Of a stretch of 64,000 nucleotides of DNA, positions 10,290 through 19,144 are shown in pieces. This DNA comes from an uncultured Verrucomicrobiota bacterium (GTDB lineage: Bacteria; Verrucomicrobiota; Kiritimatiellia; PWTM01). The stretch lies in the NCBI GenBank assembly GCA_964610105.1, contig CAZSUU010000005.1, positions 97,499 to 161,498 on the forward strand, given 5' to 3'. The notes under the pieces were generated by a model. That model saw only the letters and a program-made list of their open reading frames with translations, searched no databases and had not been told where the DNA came from. Each line of letters opens with the position of its first letter. Position 1 is the first letter of the stretch. The position numbers and the translations under genes are program-made.

Positions 10290-11912
10290 TCAGTCCTCGA
10301 TCGGCCCGCCGGGGACGTCGCGGATGACCGTCTCGCGCCCGTCGAGGCGGTGATCGGTGTCGGGATAATCGAGGGTGTAGTGGAGACCCCGGCTCTCGTG
10401 GCGCTGAATGGCGGAGCGGATGACGAGCTCGGCCACGCAGGCGATGTTGCGCAGCTCGATGACGTCGGGGGTGACCAGGTACTGGAGGTAGTACTGCCGG
10501 ATCTCGCGCCGGAGGTTCCGGATGCGCCGCAGCGCCCGCTCCAGTCGCTTGTCGGTGCGCACGATGCCGACGTAGTCCCACATGCAGGTGCGGACCTCGT
10601 TCCAGTTGTGCTCCACCACCACGGCCTCGTCGCTCGGCACCGCGTCTCCGCTCTTCCAGTCCGGGATCTCCACCCGCGACGCGCCTCCGCCCGCCCCTCT
10701 CTCGGCGAGGATGGCCGCGGCGGCGTTGGAGGCGCAGACCACCGCCTCCAGCAGCGAATTGCTCGCCAGCCGGTTGGCCCCGTGCAGGCCGGTGCAGGCG
10801 ACCTCGCCGACCGCGAACAGGTTCGGCATGGCCGTGCGGCCGTCCGGGTCCGTCTCGACGCCGCCGGAAAAGTAGTGCGCCGCGGGCACGACCGGTATGC
10901 GATCGCGCGCCATGTCGATGCCGTGCCGCAGGCAGTTGGCGTAGATGTTCGGGAAGCGGTTGACCAGGAAGTCGGCGCTCTGGTGGGTGATGTCGAGATA
11001 GACGCAGGGGTCGCCGCGCGTCTTCATCTCGTTGTCGATCGCGCGGGCGACGATGTCGCGCGAGGCGAGCTCCCCCCGCGGGTCGTAGCGGGGCATGAAG
11101 CGTTCGCCGGCGGCGTTGAGCAGCCGGGCGCCCTCGCCCCGAACGGCCTCGCTGACGAGGAACGACTTCGCGGCCGGGTGGTAGAGCACGGTCGGGTGGA
11201 ACTGGACGAACTCCATGTTCTTGATCGGGAGACCCGCGTGCCAGGCCATCGCCACCCCGTCGCCCGTCGCGATGTCCGGGTTGCTGGTGTAGAGGTACAC
11301 CTTCCCCGCCCCCCCCGTCGCCAGCACGGTCCATCCGGCGCGCACGGCGAGGATCTCGCCCGTTTGGTGATCGATGCAGTAGGCGCCGATGCAGCGGTTG
11401 GGACCGGGCCGCCGGAGCCAGCCGGTGGTGACGAGGTCGATGGCGAGGACATCCGACCGGAGCTGGATGCCCGGGCTGCGCTCGACGACGTCGAGCAGGA
11501 CGCGGATCAGCTCGCGGCCCGTGATGTCGCCCGCGTGCAGCACGCGGCGCCGCGAGTGCCCACCTTCCTTGCCGAGGTCATACTCCTCGCCCGAACCTTC
11601 CAGGCGTTCGAAGGAGATCCCCAGCTTCTCCAGCTCCCGCACGCACCGGGGGCCGGCGCCGATGATCGCGCGCACCGCGGCCTCGTTGCCCAACCCGCAG
11701 CCCGTCGCCAGCGTGTCCTGCACGTGCGATTCCACGCTGTCGCCCGGCGCGATGGCGCAGGCGATGCCCCCCTGGGCGTAGTTCGTGTTGCTCTCGGTCA
11801 GCTCGCGCTTGGTGGCCACGACCACCCGCCCGTGCGGGGCGAGGTGGTACGCCGTGAGCAACCCCGCCAGCCCGCTGCCCAGGATCAGAAAATCGCATTC
11901 GATCGTTCGCAT
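10290..11912 (-). CDS. nadB: L-aspartate oxidase
   Basis: 'GSGLAGL', 'SNTNYAQGGIA', 'EGGHSRRRVLH', 'QFHPT', 'SEAVRGEG', 'HGANRLASNSLLE', 'ESRGLHY'. Confidence 0.96.
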   Translation of the reverse strand: MRTIECDFLILGSGLAGLLTAYHLAPHGRVVVATKRELTESNTNYAQGGIACAIAPGDSVESHVQDTLATGCGLGNEAAVRAIIGAGPRCVRELEKLGISFERLEGSGEEYDLGKEGGHSRRRVLHAGDITGRELIRVLLDVVERSPGIQLRSDVLAIDLVTTGWLRRPGPNRCIGAYCIDHQTGEILAVRAGWTVLATGGAGKVYLYTSNPDIATGDGVAMAWHAGLPIKNMEFVQFHPTVLYHPAAKSFLVSEAVRGEGARLLNAAGERFMPRYDPRGELASRDIVARAIDNEMKTRGDPCVYLDITHQSADFLVNRFPNIYANCLRHGIDMARDRIPVVPAAHYFSGGVETDPDGRTAMPNLFAVGEVACTGLHGANRLASNSLLEAVVCASNAAAAILAERGAGGGASRVEIPDWKSGDAVPSDEAVVVEHNWNEVRTCMWDYVGIVRTDKRLERALRRIRNLRREIRQYYLQYLVTPDVIELRNIACVAELVIRSAIQRHESRGLHYTLDYPDTDHRLDGRETVIRDVPGGPIED

Positions 11913-11982
11913 GCTTGTACCCGTTTCCGGCCCCCATCGTACCAGACTCCCCCCTCCGCTCGAACTCCCAATCGCACCTCGG

Positions 11983-12079
11983 AGTTCAGCGTTCGGTGTT
12001 CAGTGTTCAGTGTTCAGTGTTCGGTGTTCAGTGTTCAGTGTTCGGTGTTCAGTGTTCGGTGTTCAGTGTTCGGAGTTCA
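11983..12079. repeat. Tandem heptamer array (TGTTCRG) x14
   Basis: About 14 consecutive units TGTTCAG/TGTTCGG read directly from the sequence, upstream of nadB. Confidence 0.95.
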
Positions 12080-12141
12080 TCGGCGACCGAAGGAACGGGG
12101 CGGTTTGAACCACCTCGTCCTTCCTGGTCCGTCCGTGTTCC

Positions 12142-13311
12142 TCAGGGGCCTGACGCGCGGTTGGCTGCGCCCTCCCCGCGCTCCCGCCCGTAGATGGGGA
12201 ACTCCAGCAGGCGGCATTCGATCGGGCCGTTGAACAGCGTGCGGATGCGGCCGGCCTTGAGCCCGATGCGGCGCGAGAGCCGCAGGTTGCCGGTGAACAG
12301 ATACCCGGCCCCGCCCGTCGCCTGGGCGCGGAAGAACCGGCCGATGCGGCGGTAGGTCTCGATCAACTCGTCCTCCTCGCCCATCCGCTCCCCGTATTCC
12401 GGGTTCAGCACGATGCACGGCCGGCCCGGCGGAACCGGGGTATCGGCGAAGTCGCACACCTTCCACTCGATGAACGGTTCGACCCCGGCCGCCCGCGCGT
12501 TGCGCCGGGCGGCCGCCACCGCACCGGGATCGCGGTCGGCGGCGACGAGGCGCGACGCCGGCGCCGGCCGCAGCCGCGCGCGGGCCTCCCGCCGGACCGC
12601 CTCCCAGGCGTCCGGATCATGGCCGCGCAGGTGCAGGAAGGCGAAGTCGCTGCGCGCGAGGGCCGGCGCGCGATGCAGGGCGATCAGGGCCGCCTCGATG
12701 GCCAGCGTCCCGCTGCCGCACATCGGATTGACGAAGGGCGCGCTCCCGTCCCAGCCCGTCGCGAGGACGATGCCGGCCGCGAGCGACTCGCGCAGGGGGG
12801 CCGCGAGCCCGGCGCGCCGGTAGCCGCGGTGCGAGAGGGAGACCCCGGTGGTGTCGAGGTACACGTCGGCCCGCTCGTCTTCCCAGCGCAGGAAAAGCGC
12901 CGCGCCGGCCGTCCGGGGTCCGGAATCCGGCCGCCGGCCCAGCCGCGCGCGCAGGCGGTCGGCCACCGCGTCCTTCAGTTTGAGGGCCCCGTAGCGGGAA
13001 TCCCGGACGGCCGGCGTCCGCACGGACGCGCGGACGGTGAACGGCACGTCGCCGCGCAGCCAGTCCTCCCACGGCAACCGGACGGCGGCGGCGTGAAGAT
13101 CGTCCGGGGTGGCGGCGGCGAACCGCCCCACCCGCATGAGCACGCGATGAGCGGTGCGCAGATGGAGGTTGAGGCGCATCGCCTCCGCCAGTCCCCCGCG
13201 GGCGTGGACGCCCGACTCGCCGGCCGCGGGCGCCGCCTCCAGTCCGAGCGCCGCGACCTCTTCCCGGAGCACATCCGCGAGGCCGCGCGCGCAGGTGGCG
13301 AACAGCGTCAT
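12142..13311 (-). CDS. THUMP-domain RNA methyltransferase (RlmL/YpsC-like)
   Basis: 'FATCARGL', 'LDTTGVSLSHRGYR', 'APLRESLAAG', 'NPMCGSGT', 'LNPEYGER'. Confidence 0.88.
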   Translation of the reverse strand: MTLFATCARGLADVLREEVAALGLEAAPAAGESGVHARGGLAEAMRLNLHLRTAHRVLMRVGRFAAATPDDLHAAAVRLPWEDWLRGDVPFTVRASVRTPAVRDSRYGALKLKDAVADRLRARLGRRPDSGPRTAGAALFLRWEDERADVYLDTTGVSLSHRGYRRAGLAAPLRESLAAGIVLATGWDGSAPFVNPMCGSGTLAIEAALIALHRAPALARSDFAFLHLRGHDPDAWEAVRREARARLRPAPASRLVAADRDPGAVAAARRNARAAGVEPFIEWKVCDFADTPVPPGRPCIVLNPEYGERMGEEDELIETYRRIGRFFRAQATGGAGYLFTGNLRLSRRIGLKAGRIRTLFNGPIECRLLEFPIYGRERGEGAANRASGP

Positions 13312-13372
13312 GCCTTCCGGCGCCCCGTCGGGGGAACGGCTCCGCGCTTGACCGCCCTCTTCGCGCCTTCTA

Positions 13373-14386
13373 ATGTCTCCACCCGTGACCCTACGTGCAT
13401 TCATCCGGACCGCCGGCGTCGCGGCGGCCCTCTGTCTCGTCGGCGGAACCGCCCTCGCCGCGGCCGAACCATACCGCGAAGTCCAGAAGCGGAGAAGCTG
13501 GTTCAGCTTCATGCGGCCCGCCAAGGCGACGCCGCAGGAGCAGCTGGCGTACGCCCGCGCGCTGCGCGCCGGGCGCCATGTCTTCCGCGCCAGCCGCCAC
13601 TATCGCGCCCTGGTGTCCAGCTGGCCGAGCGCCCCGGAGGCCCCCATCGCGCAGCGCGAGATCGCGGAGATGCTGGACGCGCGGGGCTGGATCGAAAGCG
13701 CCTTCGATCAGTACCAGCTGCTCGTGGAGAAGTATCCCGACGCCTGCGACTTCGATGCCGTCATTGCGCGGCAGTACGCGCTGGCGGAACGCATGCGGAC
13801 CGTCCGCCACGCCCCGCTCCTGTTCGGGGGCTGGAGGACGCCGGAGCGCGCGATCCCGCTCTACGAGCGGATCGTGCTCAACGCCCCCATGTGGACCAAC
13901 GCGCCGCAGGTCCAGTTCACGATCGGCGCGCTGCAGGAGGCGGCCGCGAACTACGCCGAAGCCTCGGTGGCCTTCCAGGAAGTGCAGTACCGCTACCCCC
14001 GCAGCCCGCCGGCCGAGGAAGCCGCGTTCCGGCGGGCGCGCTGCCTGTACTGGATGTCGATGGAGGCGCCGAACGACCCCACGACGCTGGACGAGGCATG
14101 GACCGCGCTGAGCCAGTTCGCCCGCGAGCGGCCCGCGTCGCGGTTCGCCTCCGACGCCATGCGGCTCCGCGACACCCTGCAGACCCGCCGCGTCCGCGCC
14201 GCCTACGAGATCGCCTGCTACTACGACCGCCACGGGCGCTCGCCCGAGAACGCGCTCATGGCCTACGAGCGGTTCCTCACCCTCTTCCCGAACACCGAAT
14301 GGACCCCCACCGTCCAGCAACGGCTGGAGGCAATCAAGAAGACCAAGGGAGCGCCGGCAAATGAAACTGGCCAGAAGGATTCGTAA
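13373..14386 (+). CDS. TPR protein, outer-membrane assembly factor BamD-like
   Basis: Signal peptide, repeated TPR helices ('FQEVQYRYPRSPPAEEAAF', 'YERFLTLFPNTEW'); precedes lptE. Confidence 0.75.
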   Translation: MSPPVTLRAFIRTAGVAAALCLVGGTALAAAEPYREVQKRRSWFSFMRPAKATPQEQLAYARALRAGRHVFRASRHYRALVSSWPSAPEAPIAQREIAEMLDARGWIESAFDQYQLLVEKYPDACDFDAVIARQYALAERMRTVRHAPLLFGGWRTPERAIPLYERIVLNAPMWTNAPQVQFTIGALQEAAANYAEASVAFQEVQYRYPRSPPAEEAAFRRARCLYWMSMEAPNDPTTLDEAWTALSQFARERPASRFASDAMRLRDTLQTRRVRAAYEIACYYDRHGRSPENALMAYERFLTLFPNTEWTPTVQQRLEAIKKTKGAPANETGQKDS

Positions 14387-14891
14387 GGCCGCGGGACCGG
14401 GTCTGGCGGCGGTCATGCTGCTCATGCCGGGCTGCGTCGGATACCAGCTCGGATCCACCCTGCCCCCCGGCCTCAATCGGGTGTGCGTGCCGGTGTTCGT
14501 CAATGAGACCGACGAGCCCCTGATCGAGAACGACGTGACCCGCCAGGTCATTGCCTCGATCCAGCGCGAAGGCTCGCTGAAGGTCGTGCCCGAGGCCGAG
14601 GCCGACACGGTGTTGAGGGTCAGTCTGAGGAAGTTCATCTTCTCGCCCGTCGGATTCAGCCGCGATCAACGCACGCGGGCCAATGAGTACCGGTTGATCA
14701 TCAGCGCCTCCTTCGTCTTCGCCAACGCCAGGACGGGCCAGGTGATCGTGGAGCATCCGGCGGTCGAGGGAACCTCCCTGGCGCCCATTGTCGGCGACAT
14801 GACGACGAGCAAGCGGGCGGCCATGCCCGAGGCCTCCAAACGGCTGGCCTACGATATCGTGGAGAAGATCGTCGAGACGTGGCCGGAATAG
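14361..14891 (+). CDS. lptE: LPS assembly lipoprotein LptE
   Basis: Lipobox 'LMPGC', 'GYQLGSTLPP', 'VPVFVNETDEPLIE'. Confidence 0.8.
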   Translation: MKLARRIRKAAGPGLAAVMLLMPGCVGYQLGSTLPPGLNRVCVPVFVNETDEPLIENDVTRQVIASIQREGSLKVVPEAEADTVLRVSLRKFIFSPVGFSRDQRTRANEYRLIISASFVFANARTGQVIVEHPAVEGTSLAPIVGDMTTSKRAAMPEASKRLAYDIVEKIVETWPE

Positions 14892-15002
14892 CGCCTCCTC
14901 AAGCGGCATGGAAGGTCTCGCGCCGTCCCTTCCTGCCTGTCCCCTGTCGTCCCCTCTACGTCAGCGCCGCCCCGACGGGCCGCCCGGATCGCGGGCGGAG
15001 GG

Positions 15003-16304
15003 CTAGCGGACGACCGGGAGGAGGACGATATTGCGGAATTCCTTGGCGGAGCCTTCCGCCTGGAGGCAGATCTTGCCCGGGACCTCCTCGACCTCGGTCG
15101 CGACGTTCTGCAGCAGGCGATTGACGTAGATGCGCAGGTCGCCGCCGTTGAGATACACCTCGTACTCGTTCCACTCGCCGATGGGTTTCTCGTTCGACGG
15201 GTTCATCTTGACCGTGTGTCGGCCCTGCGTACGTTCCGCGGCGACCTTCATCGGGAACTGGTCGATGTTCCAGATGTCGCCCATGCTGCCGGACTGCCCC
15301 TGCGCCTCGATGGACTTCGGCCAGACCTTGTCCGGCCCCACGCTCCGCAGCAGCACTCCGCTGTTGCCGGGCTGGACGTGCCGCAACTGGAGACGGACGA
15401 CGTAGTTGGCGAAGTCCCTCTCGGTGCGGATGTATCCCGCCGGCTTCCCGGTGTCGGTCATCACACCGTCTCTGACGCCGAAGGTGTCCTTGAGGGCATC
15501 GCTGGAGAACGTCCACCCGGCCAGATCCTTGCCGTTGAAAAGGCGCTCGGCCCTTCCGTACCGCTCGGGGAGGTGCGTCAGGAGGATGTCCTTGAACTCC
15601 ACGACCATGGGAGGCCCGGCGTGAATCTGCAGGGCCAGCAGTCCCTCGAGCGCGGCGCCCTTGTTGTCGCGCGGGTCGTTCGGGTCGGTCACGCGGTCGT
15701 TGTCGATCAGCTCGACGGTCGGATAGCCGTTCAGGTAGTGGAGGATGTGGTTCCCGCGCGCGATGATGGCGTATTCGTTCCAGTCCTTGTCCTTGTAGTA
15801 TCCCGCGGCCTTGAGCGCCTCGACATCGGCGATCTTGCCGACGACGCTCTTCCCGCCCTTCTCGTCGATGACCATGAAGTCGCCCACGTCGACGAGCCAC
15901 CCGCGTCCGCCTTCATGGTAAAGGAATCCCGCCTTGCCGGGGTTGTTCTCGACCTCGGCCTGGTAGCCGGCGATCCGCCACTTGTCGAACTCCTTGCTGC
16001 GATACTGGATGCCCGAGTTGCCGCCTTCGATGCGGAACTTGATCTTGAGGATGAAGTCCTTGACCTTGCCGCCCCGCCAGACGCAGAAGGTGTTGCCGTT
16101 GGCGGGATTCTCCTTCGTCGTCTCGCCGCGGATCACACCCTCCTTGACGGACCATAGCCGCGGATCCCCCTCCCAGCCGCTCAGGTCCTTGCCGTTGAAG
16201 AGACTGACCGCCTCCGGCTCGACGCCGCACGCCGGACGGCTCCAGAGGGCGCCGGCGGTCAGGCTGGCCACGATAAGCACGCCGCGTACACACGATCTTC
16301 TCAT
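15003..16304 (-). CDS. Tandem DUF1080 (3-keto-disaccharide hydrolase-like) secreted protein
   Basis: Two 'LFNGKDL.GW' domains, 'NSGIQYRS', 'GYQAE', 'GLLALQIH', 'ICLQAEG'; signal peptide. Confidence 0.9.
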   Translation of the reverse strand: MRRSCVRGVLIVASLTAGALWSRPACGVEPEAVSLFNGKDLSGWEGDPRLWSVKEGVIRGETTKENPANGNTFCVWRGGKVKDFILKIKFRIEGGNSGIQYRSKEFDKWRIAGYQAEVENNPGKAGFLYHEGGRGWLVDVGDFMVIDEKGGKSVVGKIADVEALKAAGYYKDKDWNEYAIIARGNHILHYLNGYPTVELIDNDRVTDPNDPRDNKGAALEGLLALQIHAGPPMVVEFKDILLTHLPERYGRAERLFNGKDLAGWTFSSDALKDTFGVRDGVMTDTGKPAGYIRTERDFANYVVRLQLRHVQPGNSGVLLRSVGPDKVWPKSIEAQGQSGSMGDIWNIDQFPMKVAAERTQGRHTVKMNPSNEKPIGEWNEYEVYLNGGDLRIYVNRLLQNVATEVEEVPGKICLQAEGSAKEFRNIVLLPVVR

Positions 16305-16484
16305 CTCACACCTTCCTTGCTCGCACGTCACCTTGCCTTCACACAAACACACCCCACCCGCGGCAAATCGAACGTGCCACGAATGGCGGAATGATAACAC
16401 CGACGCGGCTCATTCTTCAATGCGATTCTCAGCAAGAACCTGGTCTTGGGCGGTTGACCGTCGCGGACGCGTCGGGCGCGCCCG

Positions 16485-17150
16485 TCATTTTGCGTTCTTC
16501 AGGGCGTCCACCAGACGGGTCACGAATTCAGTCATCGCCTTGTCCACCTCCTCCGCGGATGCGCCTTTCTGGTCCTCCCTGGGCGTCAGGATCGTGACCC
16601 CCGGCACGCTTCGGGCGCCCGCCTCCTTGAACGCCTTGTCGGCAACCGCCATGGCCTCCTTCCCCTTGCTCTCGGGGTACCATGCGGGGATGATCGTTGA
16701 GCAGAGCAATCCGGGATGGCGTGCGACAACCTCCTTGAGTTTGGGATACAGTGCGGCGAGTTGTTCGGGTTGCTTGCTGAAATGCGCCGGCCCGGCGAAA
16801 ATGACCACATCCGCGCGGTCTCCCGCGCGATCCGGGGCGGCGGAGAGGCACGTCAGATCCTTGCACGCGGAAAAGGGAACAACCTTCACGTCCGTGTCCA
16901 TCGCCGCGAGTTTCCCGATGAGCACAGTCGTCAGCGAATAGGTGTTAATCCCTTTCGTCGTCGGCTGTGTGATGGCGTCGACCCCCTCCGGTTTCTTTGC
17001 ATCGGGTAGATATCCTCCGCCCTGGATCACCACGGCATGATATTTCGCTTTCGGAGGATTCCCATCCGTGGCTGCAGAAAAGACGGTCAGGTAGATAGCG
17101 CACGGAACAAGAAACGACACCAGAACCAGACCCTTGATCTTCATCTTCAT
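16485..17150 (-). CDS. Secreted flavodoxin-like hypothetical protein
   Basis: 221-aa ORF with signal peptide; alpha/beta pattern 'ADVVIFAGPAHFS'; more AT-rich than flanks. Confidence 0.55.
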   Translation of the reverse strand: MKMKIKGLVLVSFLVPCAIYLTVFSAATDGNPPKAKYHAVVIQGGGYLPDAKKPEGVDAITQPTTKGINTYSLTTVLIGKLAAMDTDVKVVPFSACKDLTCLSAAPDRAGDRADVVIFAGPAHFSKQPEQLAALYPKLKEVVARHPGLLCSTIIPAWYPESKGKEAMAVADKAFKEAGARSVPGVTILTPREDQKGASAEEVDKAMTEFVTRLVDALKNAK

Positions 17151-17245
17151 AGACAGCCCCTTTCAGGCCAACACCCAACACGTCTTTCGCCGTCTGCTCA
17201 CCGCAGTTCTCCATGGGCAGCGTTCCGCTCAGGTCTCGTGCTCTT

Positions 17246-17896
17246 TCACCCCTCCTTTCCATAGCGGGTGAACTGTCGCAGTATCGCCTCGGCGGTCCAT
17301 CGGCTGGCCGTTCCCACGATGAACGGGCAGTCGCCTCTGCCCTTGTCCCTGACGTCTTTGCACAGAACGCTTCCGTATGCGTTCCTGAATCGTTCATAGA
17401 CCGAGTGGATCAGGGCGTGCGCCAGGCTCGTGTCCCCGAAAGCGGACCTCCCGCACAGGTAACCGATGATCATGCCCGCCCCCGTGAACGCCCCGCAGTT
17501 CTGCACCCCGGAGCCCGTGGCTCCTCCGTCCAGGCAGCACGCGGCTCTGAAGAGGTCGTCGTCGGCCGGGATGAACTCGATGGTTTTCTGAAGGGCCGCC
17601 ACGGTGCAGCGACAACATCCGCCGTGCTTCCCCTCGTACTCGTGGCCCAGTCGGTAGGCCTGTTCCAGGATCTCGTCCCCCCTGCCGCCGACATCGATCC
17701 GGGTCGTACGGTCGAAGGCCTTGAACGGCATCGCCTCCCCCTCCGCGCTTCCGGCCCGGCGCGGCGCCAGGAACGCCAGCAGACCGGCGCCCCCGCACTC
17801 CAGGAACGCACGCCGGCGTCGGTCCGGTCTTCGCCCCACGCCGCCGCCGCTGTGCTCCGCGCGCGTGGCTGTCGTCCTCGTCGCCGGAGAGGCCAT
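17246..17896 (-). CDS. C_GCAxxG_C_C family redox-active protein with Tat-like leader
   Basis: 'GGCCRC', 'NCGAFTGA', 'VLCKDV', 'DCP'; 'RRRAFL' leader. Start uncertain. Confidence 0.8.
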   Translation of the reverse strand: MASPATRTTATRAEHSGGGVGRRPDRRRRAFLECGGAGLLAFLAPRRAGSAEGEAMPFKAFDRTTRIDVGGRGDEILEQAYRLGHEYEGKHGGCCRCTVAALQKTIEFIPADDDLFRAACCLDGGATGSGVQNCGAFTGAGMIIGYLCGRSAFGDTSLAHALIHSVYERFRNAYGSVLCKDVRDKGRGDCPFIVGTASRWTAEAILRQFTRYGKEG

Positions 17897-18202
17897 GGCT
17901 CTGCCGCGGATGGGAGAAGACACACCGGTCTTTTCAAGAGGTGCGCTCACGTCTCGGCTACCCTGCCAAACGGAAGGGGGTGTGTCAAGCGGGCGGGACG
18001 GCGACAGGCGAGACGGCCACCTCCGGAATTGCGCAACCGGACGCAGATCGCGCGCGGCCTTGACGATCCGGGTGTCTGGCGGTAGAAGTCGCATTGCGCG
18101 CGCGGCGCGCGGGGGGCTTCGTGGCGGGATTCGTCCTTCACGGCCGGGTGGGGAGAGCGGGGCAGACCGGCGTTCGGAACAGAGCATGAGGAATCGAGAG
18201 CC

Positions 18203-19144
18203 ATGAGTGAATCCAACCGCAGGACAGGGCATGTGGACCGGCGCGACTTCCTTCGCATCGCGCTCGCGGGCGGCGGCGTGCTGTGGCTGCCCGCGACTCC
18301 CCGCGCGGCCGAGCCCGGACCGTCGGTGGACGTCTGGGTCATACACGGAGAGGACAAGGCGCGACTGATGGCCGAGGCCCTCAAGATCATCCGCGCCAAC
18401 GGCGGATTCGGGCGGGGTGCGAGGTCGCTGGCGCTGAAGGTCAATGCCGCCTGGACGCGGACGCCGGAGATGGGCGCGTGCACCCATCCCGATCTCGTGT
18501 CGGCGTTCATATCCGGGGCGAAGGAGGATGGTCTGACGAACATCGAGGTGCCCGAGAACCCGTGTAACCGCGCCGAGGAGTCGTTTGCGCGCAGCGGCGT
18601 GGAGGCCGCGGTCAGGAAGGCCGGCGCCAAGATGTACGACCTCAAGAAGGAGGCGCGTTTCTTCGCCGAGACGGCCCTCCCCAGGGGCCGCGTTCTCCAG
18701 AAGGCCAAGGTCGCGAAACAATTCCTGGAAGCGGATGTCGTCGTGAACATGCCGGTGGCCAAGCACCATGGCGCCGCCGTGCTGACCATGGCGATGAAGA
18801 ACTGGATGGGGGCGGTCGAGGACCGGTCGTTCTGGCACCGGAACAACCTCATGCAGTGCATCGCCGACTTCTGCTCGCTGGTCCGGCCGCACTGGACGCT
18901 GATTGACGCCACGCGCGTCATGCTCAAACGAGGCCCGCAGGGCGGCGAGCTCGCCTTCCTGAAGTCGCCGAGCCCGAACCTTCTCATCGTGTCGAAGGAC
19001 CAGGTGGCCGCGGACGCCTATGCGACGATGCTCTTCGACAAGAAGCCGGCGGACGTGGCGTACCTCGGATTCGCGGCGGAGATGAATCTCGGCATCACGG
19101 ACCTCGCCCGCATCAAGGTCCACGCGGTGGAAGCGGGGGCGTGA
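18203..19144 (+). CDS. DUF362 domain protein, Tat-exported
   Basis: 'RRDFL' Tat motif; 'LKVNAAW', 'THPDLV', 'NMPVAKHHGAAVLTMAMKNWMG'. Confidence 0.88.
   Translation: MSESNRRTGHVDRRDFLRIALAGGGVLWLPATPRAAEPGPSVDVWVIHGEDKARLMAEALKIIRANGGFGRGARSLALKVNAAWTRTPEMGACTHPDLVSAFISGAKEDGLTNIEVPENPCNRAEESFARSGVEAAVRKAGAKMYDLKKEARFFAETALPRGRVLQKAKVAKQFLEADVVVNMPVAKHHGAAVLTMAMKNWMGAVEDRSFWHRNNLMQCIADFCSLVRPHWTLIDATRVMLKRGPQGGELAFLKSPSPNLLIVSKDQVAADAYATMLFDKKPADVAYLGFAAEMNLGITDLARIKVHAVEAGA

Noticed and set aside
11983-12079. CRISPR array
   Set aside because: Contiguous 7-mers with no spacers and no cas genes.
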